A DNA stretch of 64,000 nucleotides from an uncultured Aequorivita sp. (lineage in GTDB: Bacteria; Bacteroidota; Bacteroidia; Flavobacteriales; Flavobacteriaceae): positions 50,241-114,240 of the forward strand of contig CAKZLK010000012.1 in NCBI GenBank assembly GCA_937125455.1, read 5' to 3'. Positions 47,216 through 54,752 of this stretch are shown here, piece by piece. A program made the translations under genes and the position numbers. Position 1 is the first letter of the stretch; every line of letters starts with the position of its first letter. The notes beneath the pieces were generated by a model. It was not told where the DNA came from and did not search any database. It saw only the letters and a list, made by a program, of their open reading frames with translations.

Positions 47216-47718
47216 CATTTAAGACATTTAAAATAATCAAAAGGTTCTTGGCAATCGTCGCATTTAAAAAGTGCTTTGCAAGCCGTGGAACCAAATTGAC
47301 TAACTAAATGGGTATTTGTGCTTCCGCATTGCGGGCATTTTACCATTTTTTTTTCGCCGAGCAAAACATCTTTGTCGGCTGTTTCTGAAAGCGGACGGGC
47401 AATACCGTATTCCTCCATTTTTTTTAAACCTTCCTCTGAAATCCAATCGGTAGACCAGGCGGGTGAAAGAATCAATTCAACTTCTGCTTTCTTTCCAATT
47501 TCTGAAAAGGCTTTTTTTAAATCATCACCAATTACATCCATTGCCGGGCAACCGGAATAGGTTGGAGTAAGTTTTATGTGAACAATTCCATTTTCTTCTA
47601 TTGCTTCGCGAATTACACCCAGATCCAAAACAGTAAGCACAGGAATCTCCGGATCTGAAACGGTTTTCATAACTGGAATTAAGTCTTGCTGTATGTTCGG
47701 CTTTTCTGTGAGTGTCAT
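47215..47718 (-). CDS. paaD: 1,2-phenylacetyl-CoA epoxidase subunit PaaD
   Basis: 167 aa with a DUF59/MIP18-like domain (DPEIPVLTVLDLG, TPTYSGCPA) and a C-terminal Cys-pair zinc ribbon (CPQCGS...CDDC). Confidence 0.85.
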   Translation of the reverse strand: MTLTEKPNIQQDLIPVMKTVSDPEIPVLTVLDLGVIREAIEENGIVHIKLTPTYSGCPAMDVIGDDLKKAFSEIGKKAEVELILSPAWSTDWISEEGLKKMEEYGIARPLSETADKDVLLGEKKMVKCPQCGSTNTHLVSQFGSTACKALFKCDDCQEPFDYFKCLK

Positions 47719-47724
47719 AATTTA

Positions 47725-47849
47725 TTAACGATTGTAGGAACCTAATTAACGATTGTTGATTAACGATTTTTGATTGTTGAAGTTTAAAATATTAAATCAA
47801 TTGCTCTTTAATTCTTAAATCTGAAATCAAAAATCAGCAATCGTTGATC
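47725..47849. repeat. ORF-less long hairpin built from heptamer-repeat arms (paaC-paaD gap)
   Basis: The left arm (47725-47782) contains TTAACGATTGTTGATTAACGATTTTTGATTGTTGAAG. The right arm (47814-47849) is CTTAAATCTGAAATCAAAAATCAGCAATCGTTGATC. The loop is about 31 nt. Confidence 0.7.
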
Positions 47850-47853
47850 TTTT

Positions 47854-48603
47854 TTACCAAGTCATATTTGGATAGGTGCGCTGCATATATTGCAAGTCGG
47901 CCAAAATATAGCCCATATGTTCAGTGTGAACTCCTTCTTTTCCACCTTTGGTGAAATATTTGTTTTCGGGGACTGTAAGGGTGGCTTCTTTTAAAACTTC
48001 GGAAACCTCTTCGTAATATTTTTCTTTGAAAGTTGAAACATCAATTCCGACACCTTCTTTTCCCTTAGCCTTTTCAGCATCGGTCGTAAAGAAAAGTTCG
48101 TCAGTAAATCGCCAAAGATCATCGATTGCTTCTTGCATTTTAGCGTTACTTTCTTCAGTGCCATCACCCAAACGTTTTACCCAATCGCTTGAAAAACGTT
48201 TGTGATAACTCACTTCCTTAATTCCTTTCTTGGCAATTGCAGCTAAAGTTTCATCAGGACTGTACTGCAATTTTTCCATCAACATCAAGTGATACACATC
48301 AAATAAAAACTGACGGCCAATAACGTAACCGAAATGTGTATTTGGCTGTTCAACAAGCAGACAATTTTTATATTCTCTTTCAATCCTTAAAAAAGCGATA
48401 TCGTCTTCCGTTTTACCTTCTCCGGAAATTTTTGCGGCATATTGATAATAACTTCGGGTTTGGCCGAGTAAATCCAATGAAATATTTGTCAGTGCAATAT
48501 CGGTTTCCAAGCTTGGACCGTGTCCGCAGAGTTCACCCAATCGCTGGGCGAGGATTAGGGAGTTGTCTGCGATTGTGAGGATGTAGTTATATAAATGCTT
48601 CAT
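47854..48603 (-). CDS. paaC: 1,2-phenylacetyl-CoA epoxidase subunit PaaC
   Basis: 249 aa. DNSLILAQRLGELCGHGPSLETDIALTNISLDLLGQ follows the PaaC pattern. Confidence 0.85.
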   Translation of the reverse strand: MKHLYNYILTIADNSLILAQRLGELCGHGPSLETDIALTNISLDLLGQTRSYYQYAAKISGEGKTEDDIAFLRIEREYKNCLLVEQPNTHFGYVIGRQFLFDVYHLMLMEKLQYSPDETLAAIAKKGIKEVSYHKRFSSDWVKRLGDGTEESNAKMQEAIDDLWRFTDELFFTTDAEKAKGKEGVGIDVSTFKEKYYEEVSEVLKEATLTVPENKYFTKGGKEGVHTEHMGYILADLQYMQRTYPNMTW

Positions 48604-48615
48604 TTTAAATTATTA

Positions 48616-49025
48616 AAATCGAAATCGAAACTCAAATCGAAATCGAAAACATTAGCTATATTTTTTGAGAAGTGAAACAACAATTCTTATTAGTTCGTCA
48701 TTTTCATTTCGTATTGCTGCAATATTATTAGACTCAATGAGATTCGCTTTAATTTGAATATTAATATTCCTTAGTGATTCTCGTAATTCTTTCAATGTAA
48801 TCCTTAATTTATTGGCTCTATCTTTATCTGAACCCGCTCCTTCAAATTCTCCGAAATTTAATGCAGATGAACAAGCTGACCTTATAAGCTGTTTTGCTAA
48901 ATAATCGGCGGCAAAAGGTTTTGGTGGTTCTTTAAAAATTACAACCACAGATGCTGCGAAATCTTCGAAACGGCTATCTAAATTATAGTTCTTCATTTTT
49001 CGATTTCATTTTCGATTTCGATTTC
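48616..49025 (-). repeat. IVS-like cassette C: inverted heptamer-repeat arms bracketing a four-helix-bundle ORF
   Basis: The left arm (48616-48650) is AAATCGAAATCGAAACTCAAATCGAAATCGAAAAC. The right arm (48997-49025) is TTTTCGATTTCATTTTCGATTTCGATTTC, its complement. Confidence 0.85.
48652..48996 (-). CDS. four-helix-bundle protein (23S rRNA intervening-sequence protein family, divergent)
   Basis: 114 aa. DYLAKQLIRSACSSALNFGEFEGAGSDKDRANKLRITLKELRES parallels the 45909-46271 paralogue. Confidence 0.75.
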   Translation of the reverse strand: MKNYNLDSRFEDFAASVVVIFKEPPKPFAADYLAKQLIRSACSSALNFGEFEGAGSDKDRANKLRITLKELRESLRNINIQIKANLIESNNIAAIRNENDELIRIVVSLLKKYS

Positions 49026-49028
49026 CCT

Positions 49029-49313
49029 CTACATATGTTTCACTTCATCTGGCAAATCATAAAAAGTAGGATGACGATATACTTTGTCCTGTGCAGGCTC
49101 AAACATTTCACCATTATCTGCAGGATTTGAAGCGGTAATATTTTTACTTTCAACAACCCAAATGCTCACGCCTTCATTTCTTCTAGTATAAACATCGCGG
49201 GCATTTTCCATTGCCATTTCAGCATCGGCAGCGTGCAGACTTCCAAAATGACGGTGTTCCAATCCATTTTTACTGCGGACGAATATTTCCCAAAGGGGCC
49301 AATTTTTTTTCAT
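49029..49313 (-). CDS. paaB: 1,2-phenylacetyl-CoA epoxidase subunit PaaB
   Basis: 94 aa. WEIFVRSKNGLEHRHFGSLHAADAEMAMENARDVYTRRNEGVSIWVV is the PaaB signature. Confidence 0.9.
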   Translation of the reverse strand: MKKNWPLWEIFVRSKNGLEHRHFGSLHAADAEMAMENARDVYTRRNEGVSIWVVESKNITASNPADNGEMFEPAQDKVYRHPTFYDLPDEVKHM

Positions 49314-49320
49314 AAATATA

Positions 49321-49753
49321 GTCTTGAGTAGTTAGTATTTTGTATTGAGTTATTCATTATTTCTCTAAAGATTTAATTAATGCGTAATTCATTTTTTGTA
49401 CTTCTATTACTTCTTTAAGAATTGGTTCAACCAAATTTTCTGAGACTAAATTTAACTTATGCGAAAGTATTAATTGAGTAAAAAGCTCATACGCTGAACC
49501 ATTTGCAATGCTAATGAAATTTTTAAATTCACCTTTTGTATTTCTTCCTGCACCTTCAGCAATATTTGACGGAACAGAAATAGCACTTCTTCTTATTTGG
49601 CTAGTCAATTCATATTTTTCTTCTTTTGGGAACTTTGAAGATAATTTATAAGTTTCAACTGCAATGTCCATTGCTTTATTCCAAACTTTTAAATCATTTA
49701 ATACATTCATAATGGTTAGATTCTCATTACTAATCTCTCAATACTCAATACTG
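49321..49753 (-). repeat. IVS-like cassette D: inverted repeat arms bracketing a four-helix-bundle ORF
   Basis: The left arm (49321-49352) is GTCTTGAGTAGTTAGTATTTTGTATTGAGTTA. The right arm (49717-49753) is TAGATTCTCATTACTAATCTCTCAATACTCAATACTG, whose reverse complement contains TATTGAGTATTGAGAGATTAGTA. Confidence 0.7.
49357..49710 (-). CDS. four-helix-bundle protein (23S rRNA intervening-sequence protein family)
   Basis: 117 aa. LKVWNKAMDIAVETYKLSSKFPKEEKYELTSQIRRSAISVPSNIAEGAGR is the family pattern. Confidence 0.85.
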   Translation of the reverse strand: MNVLNDLKVWNKAMDIAVETYKLSSKFPKEEKYELTSQIRRSAISVPSNIAEGAGRNTKGEFKNFISIANGSAYELFTQLILSHKLNLVSENLVEPILKEVIEVQKMNYALIKSLEK

Positions 49754-49755
49754 AA

Positions 49756-50712
49756 TTAACTTGCTTTTGCTACTTTTCTTTTTTCGTTCTTTTCGGCATG
49801 GGCCATTGCGGCATCACGCACCCACTCTCCATTATTCCAAGCATTTACACGGGCATCCATTCGCTCTTTGTTGCACGGGCCGTGGCCTTTTACAACTTGC
49901 CAGAATTCATCCCAATCAATTTCACCAAAATCATAACTACCAGTTTCTTCATTGAATTTCAAATCTGGATCTGGAATTGTAAGCCCAAGCAAATCTGCTT
50001 GCGGCACCGTTTGATCTATAAATTGTTGACGCAATTCGTCATTGCTTTTGCGCTTCAGTTTCCATTTCATTGATTGCTCTGTGTGAATGGACTCAGCATC
50101 GGTTGGCCCCAACATCATCAAACTTGGCCACCACCAGCGATTTAAAGCATCTTGCGCCATTGCTTTTTGCTCTTCGGAACCTCGGCAAAGCGTCAGCATA
50201 ATTTCGAATCCTTGTCTCTGGTGAAAACTTTCTTCCTTGCAAACACGTACCATTGCACGAGCGTACGGACCGAAAGATGTGTTGCAAAGCGGCACCTGAT
50301 TTATAATCGCAGCACCATCAACCAACCAACCAATGGCTCCCATATCGGCCCAAGTGATTGTTGGATAATTGAAAATAGAAGAGTATTTCGCCTTGCCGGA
50401 ATGCAATTGTTCGTAAAGTTCATCTCTAGAAATACCTAGAGTTTCACAGGCGGAATACAAATATAATCCGTGACCTGCTTCATCCTGAACTTTTGCCAGC
50501 AATGCTGCTTTTCGTCTTAATGAAGGTGCACGGGTTATCCAGTTTCCTTCTGGAAGCATCCCTACAATTTCAGAATGAGCATGCTGACTTATCTGCCGAA
50601 TATGAGTTTTACGGTATTTCTCCGGCATCCAATCTTTTGGCTCTATCTTTTCATCGCGCGCAATGCGGGCTTCGAAAATTTCTTCTAAGTTTTTTACTTC
50701 TTTTTCACTCAT
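49756..50712 (-). CDS. paaA: 1,2-phenylacetyl-CoA epoxidase catalytic subunit PaaA
   Basis: 318 aa with di-iron ligand regions ([31 protein letters not shown]). Confidence 0.92.
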   Translation of the reverse strand: MSEKEVKNLEEIFEARIARDEKIEPKDWMPEKYRKTHIRQISQHAHSEIVGMLPEGNWITRAPSLRRKAALLAKVQDEAGHGLYLYSACETLGISRDELYEQLHSGKAKYSSIFNYPTITWADMGAIGWLVDGAAIINQVPLCNTSFGPYARAMVRVCKEESFHQRQGFEIMLTLCRGSEEQKAMAQDALNRWWWPSLMMLGPTDAESIHTEQSMKWKLKRKSNDELRQQFIDQTVPQADLLGLTIPDPDLKFNEETGSYDFGEIDWDEFWQVVKGHGPCNKERMDARVNAWNNGEWVRDAAMAHAEKNEKRKVAKAS

Positions 50713-50736
50713 AATAAAATGTTTTAAGCTTAGGAT

Positions 50737-50768
50737 AACATCCCCCTAGCCCCCTTCAAAGGGGGAAT
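50737..50768. repeat. 32-nt element AACATCCCCCTNNCCCCCTTCAAAGGGGGAAT, copy 3
   Basis: AACATCCCCCTAGCCCCCTTCAAAGGGGGAAT lies between the paaE stop and the paaA start and abuts the paaE stop codon. Confidence 0.85.
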
Positions 50769-51841
50769 TATACATCAAAATCTACTTTCACTTTTTCGGA
50801 AGTTGGAACGGCTTGGCAACTCAACACATAGTTTTGGGCTACTTCCTTTTCTTCTAAAGCGTAATTTATTTTCATCTCTACACTACCTTCCAAAACCTGG
50901 CATTTGCAAGTGCTACAAACCCCGCCTTTACAAGCAAAAGGTAAATCTGCACCAGCGGCGAGGGCAGCATCCAAAATATTGTCAAAATCTTTGGTCATTG
51001 TGAATTGAAATTCCTTTCCAGCATCAACAATCGTTATTTCAACACCTTCCACATTTTGTTGGGCCAAACGTTCTGCACGTTTCTTATCTTCTTCAGTTAA
51101 ACCTGTTACGAACAATTCAAAGTGAATTAATTCTTTGGGTAAGCCAGCGTTTACAAGATAACTGCTTACATAATTTATCATTTCCTCGGGACCGCACAGA
51201 AAAACTTCATTTGTATCTGGGATATCAATGAAATTTTTGGTCAACACCTCCATCTTTTCATCATCAAAACGACCGTTAAATAGTTCGATGTCTCGGCGCT
51301 CTTTGGTGAGGAAATAATAGATTTCCAACCTTCCAAAGTATTCGTTACGCAACTGTTCCAAAGCCTCTTTAAAGATAATGGATTTCGCCGTTCTATTGGC
51401 ATAAAACAGTTTGCAAGTTGCTTTGGGCTCCAAGGCCAAATGTGTTTTAATCATTGATAGAACGGGAGTAATCCCGCTTCCTGCAGCAAAAAACAGGTAG
51501 TTTTTGACTTTGTCGGGTTCAATTTCAACCCCAAACATTCCGCTCGGTTCCATAATTTCCAGCGTATCTCCAGTTTTCAATTCTGAATTTACATAGGTTG
51601 AAAATGCCCCTCCCGGAATTAATTTAACCGCAACTTTCCATTCGTTGTCTACAGGACTGGAACACAAACTATAGGAACGGCGAGTGTCTTCACCATTTAT
51701 ATCGGCTTTCAAGGTTAAATGTTGGCCTTGACGAAACTTAAACTCATCAACCAAATTTTCGGGTACGTCAAAAGTTACTACCGAACAATCGTCAGTCTCT
51801 TTGTAAACGTCCTTTACTTTTATTTTATGAAATTTTGCCAC
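50768..51841 (-). CDS. paaE: 1,2-phenylacetyl-CoA epoxidase reductase subunit PaaE
   Basis: 357 aa with a GTG start. Has FAD/NAD-binding ferredoxin-reductase motifs (RSYSL, FFAAGSGITP) and a C-terminal plant-type 2Fe-2S cluster (CKGGVCSTCKC). Confidence 0.9.
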   Translation of the reverse strand: MAKFHKIKVKDVYKETDDCSVVTFDVPENLVDEFKFRQGQHLTLKADINGEDTRRSYSLCSSPVDNEWKVAVKLIPGGAFSTYVNSELKTGDTLEIMEPSGMFGVEIEPDKVKNYLFFAAGSGITPVLSMIKTHLALEPKATCKLFYANRTAKSIIFKEALEQLRNEYFGRLEIYYFLTKERRDIELFNGRFDDEKMEVLTKNFIDIPDTNEVFLCGPEEMINYVSSYLVNAGLPKELIHFELFVTGLTEEDKKRAERLAQQNVEGVEITIVDAGKEFQFTMTKDFDNILDAALAAGADLPFACKGGVCSTCKCQVLEGSVEMKINYALEEKEVAQNYVLSCQAVPTSEKVKVDFDV

Positions 51842-51865
51842 GTGATTTTTGTCGAATTAGGTTAA

Positions 51866-51896
51866 CAAAACTAACGCTTGTTAGTTAGAATTGCAA
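51866..51896 (-). promoter_or_regulatory. candidate paa operon promoter with embedded palindromic operator
   Basis: The minus strand reads TTG (51894-51896)-N20-TAGTTTTG (51866-51873). The palindrome AACTAAC-GCTT-GTTAGTT (51869-51886) overlaps the spacer and the -7 box. Confidence 0.4.
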
Positions 51897-51923
51897 ATTA
51901 TTAACTTTGCGATAAACTGCCCC

Positions 51924-52493
51924 TCACACAATACCCTTTATCAATACCGAAACCATATCTTTTTTCAGAATATTTACATCCACTTTTCCACGCTTTTGAT
52001 ACCACAAATACAGGGTTCGCAATGTGGAAAGTATAGAAAATAATATTACTTCGGGATGGTATGGTTTTATTTCTCCAGCCTCTATGCCTTGTTTTATAAT
52101 GCTTCGGAAATTCTCTTCGTAATCTTCCCGCATTTTCACAAATGACCTTAAATCTATTTCCTCCAAATGCATCCAATCGTTATTCAAAGCAGCAAGCGCT
52201 TCAGAATGGTTCACGGTAATATCTATATGAAGCTCAATTACTTTTTCTACTTTTTTTATTGCCGAACTATTTTCAGCCAACACATTTTCCATGCCAACAG
52301 TAAATTCTTCTGCAACTTTCAAAATAATTTCTGAAAGTATTTCCTGCTTGCTTTTTATGTGATTGTAAAGACTCGCAGCCTTTATGTCCATTGCTGTTGC
52401 AATGTCGCGCATAGAAACAGCGGTGTAGCCTTTTTCGTAAAAAAGACGTGTTGCGGTTGCTATTATTTCCTGTTTACGGGAGATTGTTTTCAT
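51924..52493 (-). CDS. TetR/AcrR family transcriptional regulator
   Basis: 189 aa with an N-terminal TetR HTH (IIATATRLFYEKGYTAVSMRDIATAMDIKAASLYNHIKSK). Lies directly upstream of paaE. Confidence 0.85.
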   Translation of the reverse strand: MKTISRKQEIIATATRLFYEKGYTAVSMRDIATAMDIKAASLYNHIKSKQEILSEIILKVAEEFTVGMENVLAENSSAIKKVEKVIELHIDITVNHSEALAALNNDWMHLEEIDLRSFVKMREDYEENFRSIIKQGIEAGEIKPYHPEVILFSILSTLRTLYLWYQKRGKVDVNILKKDMVSVLIKGIV

Positions 52494-52627
52494 TGATAAT
52501 GCAATATAGGAATTTTAGGGCTGAGCACCCCTTCCGATTTTTTTGCGAAAAAGCAAAAAAACCACCTTCCCCTGAAAAAGGGGAAGGAGCTATGCATTTT
52601 CAAAACAAAACCAAGTACTTTTGAATT

Positions 52628-54394
52628 ATGGAAAACAAGATTGAAACCAACGAATTGTTGGACCGGTTACCGCCACATTTAAAACAATATATAAAGCCAC
52701 AGAATTATGAGCAATACACGCCCATAAATCAAGCTGTTTGGCGCTATGTAATGCGAAAAAATGTGGATTACCTTGCTAAGGTTGCCCACGAAAGCTATTT
52801 GGAAGGTCTTAAAAAAACAGGGATTTCCATTGATGAAATTCCTTCCATGTACGGGATGAACCGTATTTTGAAGGAAATTGGCTGGGCTGCAGTGGCCGTT
52901 GACGGGTTTATTCCGCCCAATGCGTTTATGGAATTTCAGGCCTATAAAGTGCTTGTAATTGCCAGCGACATCCGCCAACTTGAAAATATAGAATACACGC
53001 CAGCGCCTGATATTATTCACGAAGGCGCCGGTCACGCTCCAATTATTGCGAGCCCTGATTATGCAGAGTATTTGCGCCGTTTTGGAGAAGTGGGTGCAAA
53101 AGCCATTTCCAGCGCACACGATATTGATATGTATGAAGCCGTTCGCGAACTTTCTATTTTAAAGGAAGCGGAAGGTATTTCCCAAGAATTAATAAATGCC
53201 GCCGAAGCTCGCGTGGAAGAACTTCAAAATAAAAAAGTCAAGCCTTCCGAGATTTCGTTGATCCGAAATTTGCATTGGTGGACTGTGGAATACGGTATGG
53301 TTGGCACGGTTGAAAATCCAAAGATTTATGGCGCGGGATTGCTTTCTTCCATTGGCGAAAGTGTTTGGTGTATGAAGGATGAAGTGAAGAAAATCCCTTA
53401 TTCCATTGACGCAGCATACCAAGATTTTGACATTACAAAACCGCAACCACAACTTTATGTAACCCCAGATTTTGCGTATTTACAGGAGGTTTTGGAAGAA
53501 TTTGCAAACACCATGGCCGTTCGGAAAGGCGGTTGGCGAGGATTGAAAAAACTTATAAAATCAAAACAACTCGGGACGATTGAAATAAGTACCGGACTTC
53601 AAATTAGCGGCCATTTTTCGCGAATGATCAAAAACGAGGATAATGAAGTTGTTTATTTTGAAACCGAAGGCAAAACCGCGCTAAGCTATCGCGAAAAAGA
53701 AGTAATTGGTCACGGAGTAAGTCGACATAAAAATGGATTTCGCTCGCCATTAGGGAAGTTGAAAGGAATCAATCTCGCTATTGAAAATATGGGCCCGCGC
53801 GATTTACAAGCGTATAGTTTTTACGATGGAAAACCCATTGCTTTTGAATTTGAAAGCGGTATCACTGTGCAAGGACTTAACGTAACTGGAATACGGAATT
53901 TAAGAGGTGAATTGATGCTTATCCAATTTACAGATTGTACGGTGAAATATAAAGATGAAGTGTTATTTTCTCCAGAAATGGGCGATTTTGACATGGCTGT
54001 AGGTAAGGAAATTGTCTCGGCTTTTGCGGGTGCGGCGGATTACAATTCGTTTGATTTAGCAACACACACTTCTTTAAGCGAAACCATCCGTTCGCATACT
54101 TCAGAAAAGGAAAAAGAGCTGAATTCACTTTACAAAAAAGTTAGAGAGATTCGTAATTCTGAAAAAATAGATACGACAAAGCTTCAGGAAATTTTTGAAA
54201 TGTTACAAGAAAACCATTCAACCGATTGGCTGCTTACGTTAGAGATTTATGAGTTGGTATCTAAAACAGACTCAGGTTTTTCCGAAGAAGTTTTGAAACA
54301 TCTTTTACATTTGAAGCAACAAAGACCAAAAGTGGCGCATTTGATTGACGGTGGGTTGATACTTTTGGAAGCGAAAAAAAAAGGAAATTATTAA
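52628..54394 (+). CDS. aromatic amino acid hydroxylase family protein, long form
   Basis: 588 aa. The N-terminal ~300 aa carry the iron-ligand pattern PAPDIIHEGAGHAP and HWWTVEYGM. The C-terminal ~290 aa have no family I recognise. Confidence 0.75.
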   Translation: MENKIETNELLDRLPPHLKQYIKPQNYEQYTPINQAVWRYVMRKNVDYLAKVAHESYLEGLKKTGISIDEIPSMYGMNRILKEIGWAAVAVDGFIPPNAFMEFQAYKVLVIASDIRQLENIEYTPAPDIIHEGAGHAPIIASPDYAEYLRRFGEVGAKAISSAHDIDMYEAVRELSILKEAEGISQELINAAEARVEELQNKKVKPSEISLIRNLHWWTVEYGMVGTVENPKIYGAGLLSSIGESVWCMKDEVKKIPYSIDAAYQDFDITKPQPQLYVTPDFAYLQEVLEEFANTMAVRKGGWRGLKKLIKSKQLGTIEISTGLQISGHFSRMIKNEDNEVVYFETEGKTALSYREKEVIGHGVSRHKNGFRSPLGKLKGINLAIENMGPRDLQAYSFYDGKPIAFEFESGITVQGLNVTGIRNLRGELMLIQFTDCTVKYKDEVLFSPEMGDFDMAVGKEIVSAFAGAADYNSFDLATHTSLSETIRSHTSEKEKELNSLYKKVREIRNSEKIDTTKLQEIFEMLQENHSTDWLLTLEIYELVSKTDSGFSEEVLKHLLHLKQQRPKVAHLIDGGLILLEAKKKGNY

Positions 54395-54398
54395 TTAA

Positions 54399-54421
54399 CA
54401 CTTCGACAAGCTCAGTGTGAC
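54399..54421. repeat. REP-like element (CACTTCGACAAGCTCAGTGTGAC)
   Basis: Same family as 14258-14280, 37438-37461, 37496-37521 and 44985-45010. Confidence 0.7.
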
Positions 54422-54446
54422 AAGTGCGAGGAAAAATTCATATTAA

Positions 54447-54752
54447 ATGGGATTATTAGATTTTTTATTAGGAAACAAATCAAAAAAAATTGAGGACTTT
54501 AAAAGCCGTGGCGCTATCATTATTGATGTGCGCACCAAAGGCGAATATAGCGGAGGGGCAATTCCAGGCTCTAAAAACATTCCGTTACAAAATATTTCTT
54601 CAAAAATGAATGAAATAAAAAAATGGAACAAACCAGTAATTACATGCTGCGCCAGCGGAATGCGTAGTGGAAGCGCGGCGACAATCCTAAAAAGCAACGG
54701 TGTAGAAGCAATGAACGGCGGCGGTTGGTTCAGTTTGAGCAACAAACTATAA
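54447..54752 (+). CDS. rhodanese-like domain protein
   Basis: 101 aa with the active-site loop CCASGMRSG. Confidence 0.85.
   Translation: MGLLDFLLGNKSKKIEDFKSRGAIIIDVRTKGEYSGGAIPGSKNIPLQNISSKMNEIKKWNKPVITCCASGMRSGSAATILKSNGVEAMNGGGWFSLSNKL

Noticed and set aside
51901-52176. 91-aa minus-strand ORF overlapping the TetR gene
   Set aside because: It is an alternative frame of a clear TetR-family CDS and has no support.
54443-54745. 100-aa minus-strand ORF
   Set aside because: It is the exact antisense of the rhodanese gene, which has a clear active-site loop.
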